Below, in pieces: positions 58,301-64,000 of a DNA stretch of 64,000 bases. Within the stretch, counting starts at the first letter, position 1. Each line of letters begins with the position of its first letter. The stretch is taken from contig NC_047080.1 in assembly GCF_902459465.1 (NCBI RefSeq), forward strand, positions 5,270,001 through 5,334,000. The letters are read 5' to 3'. Under the pieces are notes generated by a model that was given only the letters and a program-made list of their open reading frames with translations, was not told the origin of the DNA and ran no database searches. This DNA comes from Asterias rubens. Lineage: Eukaryota. The translations under genes and the position numbers were made by a program.

Positions 58301-61016
58301 CCTCCATTCTCTCTGACTGTCGGGAGGATGGAGGGTTACAATTATCACAACTAGGTTAGATTTGTAAACACTGTTGTTGTATTAATTGAATGAGTACAGT
58401 TAGAATATCCATAATAATTTTCCATCAAAAAAAGACTTACTTGGGAAACCCGAGACTAACTTAAGAGGTCTTAAGACCCGAACTGCTCTAAAAGCAGGTT
58501 GATCAAAAGATGGTATGAGAATGCTCAAGGTACTGATCAATGATGAGATGAAATTACAAAGTGACGAAGCGTGAAGGCAGGGCAGGCAAAGAAAAGACGG
58601 GAAAAGCCACAGAGGGAAACGACATAAATTAGCAACAAGAAAAACCATGGTAGGGTAAAATGAAATAGCTCAGTATTTCTTGCTTTAAATTGATTGATTT
58701 TATCAGCCAATATCTTTGCATTATTGTCCTATTTTGAAACAAAGTCGTACAGTGACTCATCATCATTATTCATAACCTGCATATTTAATAAAATATTATT
58801 AGGCCTATTAATGTTATAATAAAATTTAAAAAAAATAAAAAATCTTCTCTGAACGAATGCATACATTTTAACCACTATGAAACACCTTGGTTGGGCTGTT
58901 AATGGCTCTTTTTTAACAAAAAGACTGGTGATGTAAAATTTTAACGCCACAGACATAAGGAAACACATGCAATAGTTTGGGACTCAGGCTTGTAACGTTA
59001 CTCCTAGTCCTAGATTCCCTAGAACCTTGACTCAGATGAGGTTCGTGCCGCTATCGCCTCCGGGATCAGACGATAGCGGAACTAACCTCATATCAAACTA
59101 AGAACATGGGGAGCACACGTAAGCTTTGATTCTTTTTAGTGAGGCAGTATCACAAAGTACAAAAGTGTATTTTTTTATTCCTCCAATGGTAGCTTTACTG
59201 CATTATTTGGAACATGTGTATATATTATTGCCTGTTTTACAACGTGGAAAAGTTTCCGTATGGCGCCACCACTTTTTCATTCGAAATAAAATAATATAGT
59301 ATCTAATTTACCTGATTGATATATCCCTTTTTGTAAAAATGAGTGAAAAAGTGGTGGCGCCATACGGAAAGTTATCCTACAACGTTAGTGTGGAAACAAT
59401 CAACCTACTATAACACTAAAGTCTAAACTAGTAAACCTAAACCTTACTACTGTCCTGCTTAAAAGGACAGTGAACACTGTCAATGATGTCATGTCAGTCA
59501 GTGTAACTGTAAAATTCAAAAGCCCATAAAAAAGGCATAAGCAACACTGAACATGCTGAAATTGTGAGATCCACCCATTTTAGGCTATTTCTACCTCCAT
59601 CCATGCACAAACTAGTTACCTTACCTAGTTACGATAACGTTGCGATAACCCTCCTGCCGACTAGTTGCGATATATAACGTAAACCTCCTGCCGACGGGGC
59701 GGAGCCTCCGGTTTCGCCGTCACCGGAGGCTCCGCCGTCGGCAGGAGGTTTACGTTATCGCAACTAAACCCTACCCTCAATTATATAGCTCACTAAGGAT
59801 AACTTTCCGTATGGCGCCACCACTTTTTCACTCATTTTTACAAAAAGGGATATATCAATCAGGTAAATTAGATACTATATTATTTTATTTCGAATGAAAA
59901 AGTGGTGGCGCCATACGGAAACTTTTCCCTCACTAAACCCAGTAACTGGGGCGATGTACTCCTTTTTTCGAAATTTTGACATTCTCATAATGTCAAAATT
60001 TCGAGAACAAAAAGGAGTACAGCGCCCAAGTTACTTGGTCTTTAGCTCACCAAACCTGATTTTGTAGAAATTGCATCCCAAACATCTTTGATCCTTCGTC
60101 AAGTTATATGCTCAGAAGAGAGTAATTTTGTGGCTTTTGCGTACATTATTCTTGTGGGAAAACTCACAGAATGACACTGTCGTTCCCCATGTAAACACAG
60201 TGCACTGTACACGTGAGTTTTGTGTACAAGTCGAGTTGGTCGTTAGAGGGTAAGAAATCGTGGGTCGAGTAGGTCATGAAGCTGATCGATCGAGACGATT
60301 AAGGCCGAGTTGGCAAATAAGCTCTACCACTTGTTGATGGGGGGAGAGGGGGAGGGGTCATTTATAAATATGATAGCAAACTCAACGAATCAAAACAAAA
60401 ACCGGACGAACCCAAAAACACAAACATGTGTTTCTTTTAAGTTGTCCTTTAAAAGAATTAATCGCACAATTACGAAAAATGTACATCACTGAGTCGACAT
60501 ACACTGTCACCCTGTTCAAAAATGGTTTGATCCGTTGGGCTTCGTGTGTTTTCATTAAAAGTTTTGTGCGGGTCAATAAACTTTGAAAAGGATTTTGTCA
60601 ATGTCGGCTCGCAAAACCCCAGTTAATTTCAAATAAGAAATCAAACTCAAAAACCCAAACCAAAGAAAGTTCGTACAATTACAAAGAGAGAAACAAAACA
60701 TACAAAAGGCCTAAGTTGTTAATAACAAAAGTAAGTCCCCTTTTATTGCACAGGATGAAGTGTTGCTATCTAAGAAAGTGCAGTCATTTTATGTAATTAA
60801 TTTCTTAAAGGTGCTACCACTACCTTCCTTGTTTTAGAACAAAAAGGTCAAAGGTCATAAATAATCAAAGACTTACCCTGTAACTACAACTACGAAGTCC
60901 ATTAAATTCCAGCCGTTTCTGAGATACGAGCCTTCATGTAGTACTAAACCTAATGCGGTTATTTTGATCGTCGCTTCGAGGCAGAAAATGGCGAGGAAGT
61001 AGATCTCTGTTTTTTC
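1276..61016 (-). CDS. Cav2: Multi-exon Cav2-type voltage-gated calcium channel alpha-1 subunit gene (partial; 5' and 3' ends outside window)
   Basis: About 40 GT-AG exons join in frame. Pore motifs are [22 protein letters not shown] and ATGESW (EEEE), and the AID is [32 protein letters not shown] and [12 protein letters not shown] are Cav2-type rather than Cav1-type. Confidence 0.97.
1801..1890. repeat. (TG)n plus poly-G / GGGGGTGA low-complexity tract
   Basis: Direct inspection. Confidence 0.95.
2760..2869 (-). CDS. Cav2: Cav2 exon 40 (IQ motif), 110 nt
   Basis: ctcag|AG TTG ATT...AGA ACG|gtaagc; [36 protein letters not shown]. Confidence 0.95.
3757..3830. repeat. Minisatellite, 22-bp unit TAATCTAGATTAGATAATCAGA x~3
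   Basis: Direct tandem copies. Confidence 0.88.
3848..4024. mobile_element. TTA-flanked MITE (PIF/Harbinger-like)
   Basis: TTA|AGGCCGAGTCACACTGCAGC...GCTGCAGTGTGACTCTGCCT|TTA. Confidence 0.78.
4070..4174 (-). CDS. Cav2: Cav2 exon 39 (pre-IQ), 105 nt
   Basis: ctcag|TG GCC GAT...GAC AGC G|gtagga; [34 protein letters not shown]. Confidence 0.95.
4621..4726 (-). CDS. Cav2: Cav2 exon 38 (pre-IQ), 106 nt
   Basis: gacag|CGT CTA...GGC AAA G|gtgaga; [35 protein letters not shown]. Confidence 0.96.
5136..5232 (-). CDS. Cav2: Cav2 exon 37 (EF-hand), 97 nt, single copy
   Basis: ttcag|T GGA CGA...TAC AAG|gtaaga; [32 protein letters not shown]. Confidence 0.96.
5731..5803 (-). mobile_element. tRNA-like SINE head (Asn-GTT-like); degenerate copy ~6840-6975
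   Basis: GGGCTACATAGCTCAGTTGGTAGAGC...GGTTCGAATCCC; acceptor stem does not pair; flanks shared with a second copy. Confidence 0.65.
6148..6524. mobile_element. About 380-bp non-autonomous DNA transposon (MITE), TTAA-flanked, Kolobok-like
   Basis: TIR AGGCACTGGACAC...GTGTCCAGTGCCT with TTAA on the left. Further copies at 17006-17365, 44753-45130, 45139-45496, 54937-55315 and 61284-61661 (mostly TTAA on both sides); partials near 8715-9070, 33977-34200 and 55525-55655. The superfamily call is inferred from the TTAA target and RR termini. Confidence 0.85.
6595..6722 (-). CDS. Cav2: Cav2 exon 36 (IVS6 end and EF-hand start), 128 nt
   Basis: tgtag|ATG TTG AAT...GGA AC|gtaagt; [42 protein letters not shown]. 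Confidence 0.96.
7300..7468 (-). CDS. Cav2: Cav2 exon 35 (domain IV filter and IVS6 start), 169 nt
   Basis: cacag|G TGT GCT ACC GGA GAG...TTC CTT|gtaagt; [14 protein letters not shown]...[20 protein letters not shown]. Confidence 0.96.
9350..9650 (-). mobile_element. tRNA-derived SINE
   Basis: Minus-strand head GGCATGGTTGGC...GGTTCGATTCCCGGCC followed by a CCGGTTTTCCTCCC SINE-core-like motif. Confidence 0.6.
10901..10992 (-). CDS. Cav2: Cav2 exon 34b (domain IV turret and P1 helix), 92 nt, divergent copy
   Basis: cgcag|ATT TTT GGT...TTC AG|gtaaaa; [30 protein letters not shown]; phase 0 to 2. Confidence 0.9.
11555..11649 (-). CDS. Cav2: Cav2 exon 34a (domain IV turret and P1 helix), 95 nt
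   Basis: ttcag|ATC TTC GGC...TTC AG|gtagac; [31 protein letters not shown]; phase 0 to 2. Confidence 0.93.
11945..12150 (+). mobile_element. tRNA-derived SINE family (copies also ~3441-3590, 24440-24850, 34555-34775, 54340-54545)
   Basis: A-box/B-box-like head (GGTAGTCTAGTTGG...GGTTCGAATCCC) followed by a shared body; five dispersed copies. Confidence 0.78.
12321..12510. mobile_element. GGGCCCAATTTCATAGAGCTGC-terminated MITE family (also ~20428-20630, 42960-43180, 48426-48592, 52205-52385)
   Basis: Shared termini and internal GCTAAGCA motifs in five dispersed copies. Confidence 0.7.
12551..12660. repeat. Minisatellite, 20-bp unit GGGCCCAAAGAGCCCAAGTT x~5
   Basis: Direct tandem copies. Confidence 0.92.
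12725..12790 (-). CDS. Cav2: Cav2 exon 33 (IVS5), 66 nt
   Basis: tacag|TCG CTG CCT...ATG CAG|gtaggt; [22 protein letters not shown]. Confidence 0.96.
13307..13423 (-). CDS. Cav2: Cav2 exon 32 (IVS4), 117 nt
   Basis: gtcag|GAT GGC TTC...TTC AAG|gtgaga; [39 protein letters not shown]. Confidence 0.96.
13502..13727. mobile_element. MITE-like element with terminal inverted repeats
   Basis: AATAGACCCTTCCCATGAA...TTCATGGGAAGGGTCCATT. Other unrelated TIR elements at ~19172-19460, 21390-21522, 21631-21801, 39950-40262 and 40781-41073. Confidence 0.75.
14413..14418 (-). CDS. Cav2: 6-nt microexon (Pro-Asp) in the IVS3-S4 linker
   Basis: ttgttgtttttgtctctgatttttccctcttgtag|CCTGAT|gtaagtat; phase 0 to 0; same position and size as vertebrate Cav2.1 NP and Cav2.2 ET microexons. 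Confidence 0.78.
15541..15624 (-). CDS. Cav2: Cav2 exon 31 (IVS3), 84 nt
   Basis: tatag|AAC TAC TTC...GTC GGG|gtaagt; [28 protein letters not shown]. Confidence 0.96.
17006..17365. mobile_element. TTAA MITE family copy (opposite orientation)
   Basis: Reverse-complement match to the 6148-6524 element; TTAA on both sides. Confidence 0.88.
18595..18705 (-). CDS. Cav2: Cav2 exon 30b (IVS1-S2 loop and IVS2), 111 nt
   Basis: cccag|CAA TAT AAA...CCA AAG|gtacaa; [37 protein letters not shown]. Confidence 0.92.
19572..19682 (-). CDS. Cav2: Cav2 exon 30a (IVS1-S2 loop and IVS2), 111 nt
   Basis: ctcag|ACA TAT AAG...CCA AGG|gtaaga; [37 protein letters not shown]. Confidence 0.93.
22422..22586 (-). CDS. 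Cav2: Cav2 exon 29 (III-IV linker and IVS1), 165 nt
   Basis: tgcag|AAA CAA TGT...ATG AAG|gtattt; [55 protein letters not shown]. Confidence 0.96.
22650..23200. mobile_element. GGACTAGTCC-rich palindromic MITE family (also ~40045-40195, 54223-54340)
   Basis: Repeated TTAGGACTAGTCCTA units and GGGGTGGATTT(C/T)ACAAAG-like termini. Confidence 0.7.
23289..23490 (-). CDS. Cav2: Cav2 exon 28 (IIIS6), 202 nt
   Basis: tgcag|C GTC CTA...AAT CAG|gtttgt; ...[43 protein letters not shown]. Confidence 0.96.
24004..24144 (-). CDS. Cav2: Cav2 exon 27 (domain III P-loop), 141 nt
   Basis: tacag|A GGT AAC...TGG CCA GA|gtaagt; ...[23 protein letters not shown]. Confidence 0.96.
24515..24779. mobile_element. 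TA-flanked MITE nested in a SINE (Tc1/mariner-like)
   Basis: TA|ACACCCGTTTCAGACAGGTGC...GCACCTGTCTGGAACGAGTGT|TA; the SINE sequence resumes on the other side. Confidence 0.78.
24868..25028 (-). CDS. Cav2: Cav2 exon 26 (IIIS5), 161 nt
   Basis: tgaag|GCG GTG TTC...GAA TGC AA|gtaagc; [53 protein letters not shown]. Confidence 0.96.
25758..25869 (-). CDS. Cav2: Cav2 exon (IIIS4), 112 nt
   Basis: ttcag|A GCC GGC...CTC AAA|gtaagt; [37 protein letters not shown]. Confidence 0.96.
26620..26795 (-). CDS. Cav2: Cav2 exon (IIIS2-S3), 176 nt
   Basis: tgtag|GTG TTG GAA...CAA GCA TC|gtaagt; [58 protein letters not shown]. Confidence 0.96.
27628..27766 (-). CDS. Cav2: Cav2 exon (IIIS1), 139 nt
   Basis: tacag|G ATT CGA...AAC GCG|gtaagt; [46 protein letters not shown]. 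Confidence 0.96.
28059..28275. repeat. About 95-bp-arm inverted repeat of a Penelope-like terminal fragment (related fragments ~9725-9870, 26350-26510, 42325-42420)
   Basis: 28059-28152 pairs with 28180-28275; contains the ACGTTTCGATCAG...CTGATCGTCTTC motif. Confidence 0.7.
28843..28918 (-). CDS. Cav2: Distal II-III linker exon D, 76 nt
   Basis: tgtag|AA GGA GAA...ACC AAC CC|gtaagt; [25 protein letters not shown] matches the conserved pre-IIIS1 motif. Confidence 0.94.
29711..29905 (-). CDS. Cav2: II-III linker exon C, Trp/Cys-rich, 195 nt if the GC donor is used (internal GT donor at 29802)
   Basis: 217-nt AG-free zone; accag|AC GTC CAA...GAA GAA G|gcaaga; open frame ending NNNEEE joins exon D ([10 protein letters not shown]) in phase 1. 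Confidence 0.62.
30935..30963 (-). CDS. Cav2: Candidate II-III linker microexon B, 29 nt (TPPPYPPLS)
   Basis: About 100-nt AG-free pyrimidine tract with CCTAAT/CTCAC branch-like sites; gtcag|A ACC CCA CCT CCG TAC CCA CCA TTG TCC T|gtacgt; phase 2 to 1. Confidence 0.55.
32169..32248 (-). CDS. Cav2: II-III linker exon A, 80 nt
   Basis: atacag|A GAG GGT...GAC CCA G|gtaggt; [26 protein letters not shown]; phase 2 to 1; about 90-nt AG-free zone upstream. Confidence 0.75.
32254..32332. repeat. (AATAATC)n heptamer array abutting the exon A acceptor
   Basis: About 11 tandem units. Confidence 0.92.
32696..32864 (-). CDS. Cav2: Cav2 exon 17/18 (IIS6 end and proximal II-III linker), 169 nt
   Basis: ttaag|AC ACC CTA...GAA GCA AT|gtaagt; [56 protein letters not shown]. 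Confidence 0.95.
32865..33709 (-). other. U12-type (minor spliceosome) GT-AG intron
   Basis: 5' splice site GTATCCTTT (33701-33709); branch site TTCCTTAAC (32884-32892) about 18 nt from the AG, with no real polypyrimidine tract. Confidence 0.92.
33275..33640 (-). mobile_element. tRNA-derived SINE with Deu-domain-like core (other copies ~26830-27450, interrupted, and ~53625-53905)
   Basis: tRNA-like head GTGTCGTGGCCGAG...GGTTCGAAATCCC; core GTAAAAGAACCCAGTGCACTTATCGAAAAGAGAAAGGGTTCGCCCCAGTGTTCCTGG resembles the DeuSINE domain as I recall it; (TTA)n tail in other copies. Confidence 0.72.
33710..33827 (-). CDS. Cav2: Cav2 exon 16 (domain II P-loop and IIS6 start), 118 nt
   Basis: ttcag|ATT CTG ACT GGT GAA GAT TGG...GGC AAC T|gtatcctttt; [39 protein letters not shown]. 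Confidence 0.96.
34804..34882 (-). CDS. Cav2: Cav2 exon 15 (domain II turret), 79 nt
   Basis: cccaag|C TTC AAC...TTT CAG|gtaaaa; [26 protein letters not shown]. Confidence 0.94.
35036..35350. repeat. Tandem repeat, ~105-bp unit x3
   Basis: GTATTGGTTGATTGATGACAAAAATAGTCTGGTTC recurs at ~35141 and ~35246, with a degenerate first copy. Confidence 0.9.
38384..38515 (-). CDS. Cav2: Cav2 exon 14b (IIS4-S5 linker and IIS5), 132 nt, canonical-type copy
   Basis: tccag|A TAT TGG...GGT GGA AG|gtaaat; [43 protein letters not shown]; phase 2 to 2. Confidence 0.94.
40321..40452 (-). CDS. Cav2: Cav2 exon 14a (IIS4-S5 linker and IIS5), 132 nt, divergent copy
   Basis: ctcag|A TAC TGG...GGG GGT TC|gtaagt; [43 protein letters not shown]; phase 2 to 2. 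Confidence 0.92.
42120..42229 (-). CDS. Cav2: Cav2 exon 13 (IIS3-S4), 110 nt
   Basis: tacag|GTT ATT...GTA ACA AG|gttagt; [36 protein letters not shown]. Confidence 0.95.
42701..42813 (-). CDS. Cav2: Cav2 exon 12 (IIS2), 113 nt
   Basis: cacag|CA CGT GCG...TGC TTG|gtgagt; [37 protein letters not shown]. Confidence 0.95.
43915..44103 (-). CDS. Cav2: Cav2 exon 11 (IIS1), 189 nt
   Basis: accag|AG AAA TCC...TTT CTT A|gtaagt; ...[47 protein letters not shown]. Confidence 0.93.
44753..45496. mobile_element. Two tandem copies of the TTAA MITE family
   Basis: Two consecutive ~370-bp units, each beginning AGGCAGTGGACAC. Confidence 0.88.
45853..46140. repeat. G-rich degenerate duplication (two ~150-170-bp units)
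   Basis: ATAATGG(A/G)TGGTGTGGGGGTTAGGATTAGGGGA occurs twice. Confidence 0.8.
49176..49274 (-). CDS. Cav2: Cav2 exon 10-equivalent (I-II linker), 99 nt
   Basis: Long U/C tract then cctag|CT CGT CGG...GAT ATA G|gtatgg; [33 protein letters not shown]; phase 1 to 1 fits both neighbours. Confidence 0.8.
53171..53343 (-). CDS. Cav2: Cav2 exon 8/9 (I-II linker with AID), 173 nt
   Basis: atacag|A GAG TTT...ATA GAA G|gtaagt; [46 protein letters not shown]. Confidence 0.96.
54043..54146 (-). CDS. Cav2: Cav2 exon 7 (IS6), 104 nt
   Basis: tttacag|TGT AGT...TTG AGT GG|gtaagt; [35 protein letters not shown]. Confidence 0.96.
54571..54767 (-). CDS. Cav2: Cav2 exon 6 (domain I turret and P-loop), 197 nt
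   Basis: atcag|GT GTA ATG...TAT TAT|gtaagt; ...[30 protein letters not shown]. Confidence 0.96.
54937..55315. mobile_element. TTAA MITE family copy
   Basis: TTAA|AGGCACTGGACAC...GTGTCCAGTGCCT|TTAA. Confidence 0.9.
55793..55960 (-). CDS. Cav2: Cav2 exon 5 (IS5), 168 nt
   Basis: ttcag|GT TTG CAA...AGC ACA G|gtaagt; [46 protein letters not shown]. Confidence 0.96.
56525..56646 (-). CDS. Cav2: Cav2 exon 4b (IS3-S4 linker and IS4), 122 nt, canonical-type copy
   Basis: ctgcag|A TTT ATA...ATC CCA A|gtaagt; [40 protein letters not shown]; phase 2 to 1. Confidence 0.94.
57014..57453. mobile_element. Long foldback MITE, ~170-bp inverted arms
   Basis: 57014-57184 is a near reverse complement of 57274-57453. 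Confidence 0.85.
57710..58060. mobile_element. Second TTAA-flanked MITE family (another copy at ~62265-62630)
   Basis: The two ~350-bp copies are closely similar; TTAA flanks; degenerate TIRs. Confidence 0.8.
58441..58532 (-). CDS. Cav2: Cav2 exon 4a (IS3-S4 linker and IS4), 92 nt, alternative copy
   Basis: gatcag|T ACC TTG...TTC CCA A|gtaagt; [30 protein letters not shown]; phase 2 to 1. Confidence 0.88.
59246..59928. repeat. Pair of identical 133-bp mini-MITEs in inverted orientation (59246-59378 and 59796-59928)
   Basis: Read base by base, the two are exact reverse complements; each has its own TIR (TTTCCGTATGGCGCCACCACTTTTTCA). Confidence 0.9.
60877..61016 (-). CDS. Cav2: Cav2 exon 3-equivalent (IS2-IS3), 140 nt
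   Basis: acag|GAA AAA ACA...GTT ACA GG|gtaagt; [47 protein letters not shown]. Confidence 0.96.
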
Positions 61017-61283
61017 CTGTGGTCGCAAGAACAAATGTTAGAAATGAAAATCGATTGTGATAAGATATTCAAATTTCCTTTCTATAGACAATATATCGAA
61101 AAAGGCACCTGCATCTATTGTTTGGTATCGATTTGTGTTTCTTTTTTACTTTTGACCTATGTAATTTATGTATGGGTGTTTGGTTTGAGCTCAACGCGAG
61201 AGTAACCGTTTGGGCTCACGCTTATAAGCTTTGCTTCTTCCCCTTAAGTATCATAAAAGTGTATTTATTTTCAACTAGCTTAA

Positions 61284-61661
61284 AAGCAGTGGACACTATT
61301 GGTAATTGTCAAAGACTAGTCTTCACAGTTGGTGTATCTTAACATATGCATAAAATAACAAACCTGTGAAAATTTGAGCTCAATCGGTCATCGAACTTGC
61401 GAGATAATAATGAAATAAAAAATACCCTTGTCACACGAAGTTGTGTGCGTTTAGATGGTTGATTTCGAGACCTCAAGTTCTAAATTTGAGGTCTCAAAAT
61501 CAAATTCATGGAAAATTACTTCTTTCTCGAAAACTATGTCACTTCAGAGGGAGCCGTTTCTCACAATGTTTTATACCATCAACCTCTATTCATTACTCGT
61601 CACCAAGAAAGGTTTTATGCTAATAATTATTTTGAGTAAATACCAATAGTGTCCACTGCCT
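61284..61661. mobile_element. TTAA MITE family copy (opposite orientation)
   Basis: TIRs and TTAA flanks; same internal sequence as the other copies. Confidence 0.88.
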
Positions 61662-64000
61662 TTAATTGTATTTATTGGAACATGTACATATTAATGCCTG
61701 TATTAGTGTTGGAAACAATAAACCTTGAAACCTTAATTTTAGTAGGAGTTTGATGATTATAGCAACTTGAAAATCGAAAACCAATCGGTTATTAATAAGA
61801 AAAGTTAGGAGTGAATGGAAAAAAGATTGGGACAAGGTAATCAATGTTATTTCTATCGACAAATAGAAAAAGCAACACTGTATAGTATCGATTGGTGTTT
61901 CTTTTGGGGTTGATTTTAAGTAGGATTTGATGATAGTAACTTGAGAATCGAAAACCAAAACTAAACCGTTTATTGATAAAGAAATCGGAGCCTAACAATC
62001 AGTGTATTCATGAAGTAACAATGCTTGCATGCATTGGTCAACAAAAATGATGGAAAATAAAACTTAAATCAGAATGAGGACAACGGTGGGAAAATCGTTC
62101 ATATCTTAATATAGACTTATACTTTCAGCTATATTTTGATATAAGTAATGTGGTTTGTAATGTATTTTACACTGTACATAATAATGGTAAAATATAATTT
62201 ATTGTATTTTTTGTATATTTTTATGTAAAGGCCAAAATGAGTTTTTCTCTCATCAGCATTTCTCACCATAGGACACTATCGGTAACGGGGACTGTCCAAG
62301 GCCCACACTTCGTGTATCACAACTTATATATAAAATAACAAACCTGTGAAAATTAAGGCTCATTCGGTCATCAGAGTTGGGAGAAAATAACGGGAAAACC
62401 CACCCTTGTTTCCGCACGTTTCGCCGTGTCATGACATGTGTTCAAAATAAATCTTTTATTCTCGATATCGAGAATTGATATTGTTTTAATGTTTTCTAAA
62501 AAAGTAAAGCATTTATTGGAATAATATTTCAAGGCAAGTCTTTCACCATTACCTTCTGTAAACCCTGTAAGTTATTTGTAAATCTGTGAACTTTTAATTT
62601 TTTTTCTGTTCAGAAAGTGTCCAATGACTTTTAGGTATTGCCGTCATGGCCATTGATATAAAATAAATAGTATGCTTCTGATGACATGTGAAGTTCTTAT
62701 ATATAAAAAAAGATTGTAACTCTAAGCGAACATTATTTTAAGCTTTAAAAAGAGGTTCGATGTGTCTTTCGTTCACTATAGAAATCGTTTCGCGGTCTTG
62801 TTTTCCTAAGAGCACTAGTGAAAGGGTAACAAAACACAGTAACAGCGAAACAGAAAATGTATATGGTTAAATGATTGAAAAAACGCATGCGCAGCATTAA
62901 CACCTGGCCATCTGCGGCTTGGGTTTTCACAGATGCCTTCAACGCTGGCGTTGAGTCGTGACGAGTTACTCAAACAATACACTCAATGCCATGGAGGTTA
63001 CATCCACAAATTATCATAATAACATTCATAAAAGCTTCCTTCGAAGTTACGGAAGATTCATTTGGGATTAATCATCTTATAAGAACCTCGATGAGATTGT
63101 TTGAGATTAGGGAGAGGAATGATGAGTCAGGTGGAGACAGGATGAATTTTCCTTGAGTAGGGGCTTGTGTAGCCATACTGAAAATTATCCATCATATAGA
63201 TTGTCGTATAACCATGCCTTCATGATGTAGAGGGCAAGTTCGAGCGACCATTTGATTTTGTCAACTACTACAGTCAATGTTCCATGGTTACCTAATGCTT
63301 GATACACATCCTGACCAGGCAAAATCGCCAATGGTCGACAATAGTTAACTATAGTCCCTTGATCGAACTTGCTCCAAGGTCCTCATTATCTGAAATGGGC
63401 CACTGTTTTTTGCCCCCACCCGCATTTCAGAAAAACACCCATCTTGTTAAGGCCGCTCATGTACCAGAAGACGCGAAAACTATACAGTGGAATGGGTGGT
63501 ACTAAAGCCCGAATTTTAAACAACATGTCGAGTCATTATGTAATAAATGTTTGCAAATAACCATTATTATTTGATAATGAATATGGTTACACGACATCAA
63601 ATGATGTGGCCAGTCAATGAGATTCCAGTCTAACTATTACCCTTTCTGCTGTGAAACTGTGGTGATTACTTTCCTGGAAAGTGAAAACCACCCCTTAGTC
63701 TTTGGAATTCAACCGTGCATTTCCACCACGCATTTTTGTTAATGAGTTTTCAGTCCGGCTTTCTAAATTCGGCTTGCCCTAATCGTTTACAATCCTGATT
63801 TAATCATCCTTAATGGAGAGCCAAATTTACTTGCAAATGGAACCTTCACTACAATACTAGTCGTCATTAGCATTGCTTAATTATTATGCGACCATTATCT
63901 GCAGATAGTTTTAGAGTACGTCCAACCAACGGTCAAGTGATGATTATTGCCCCCCTTCACGATCTTTGGTCAACTCGTCATGCTGTATATATGGGCAATA

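Noticed and set aside
61017-64000. Cav2 exon 2 or exon 1
   Set aside because: I found no PFEYMIL/ANCIVLA-like sequence, so the upstream exons lie beyond the window.

Overview
AT-rich eukaryotic genomic DNA, almost entirely the middle of one minus-strand gene for a Cav2-type (CACNA1A/B/E-like, cacophony-like) voltage-gated calcium channel alpha-1 subunit. The source is probably an invertebrate deuterostome such as a sea star; this is inferred from vertebrate-like intron positions and the repeat content. I traced a continuous spliced reading frame from domain I S2 (61016) to past the IQ motif (2760, probably 1276). It includes the EEEE selectivity filter, the AID, a U12-type intron and a very short II-III linker. 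The 5' and 3' ends of the gene lie outside the window. Exon numbers follow my recollection of human CACNA1A. The main unusual feature is the splicing architecture. There are four tandem-duplicated, phase-matched exon pairs in core channel modules: the IS3-S4 voltage sensor, the IIS4-S5 linker plus S5, the IVS1-S2 loop plus S2, and the domain IV pore turret. There is also a 6-nt microexon at the position of vertebrate exon 31*/31a, a set of small alternative II-III linker exons, a ~550-nt AG-free zone ahead of one duplicated exon, and candidate RNA-structure and RBFOX/NOVA control elements. Introns are otherwise filled with MITEs, tRNA-derived SINEs and simple repeats. Most ORFs in the supplied track are artefacts of these repeats or antisense shadows of real exons. 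All splicing calls come from sequence alone and need transcript confirmation.
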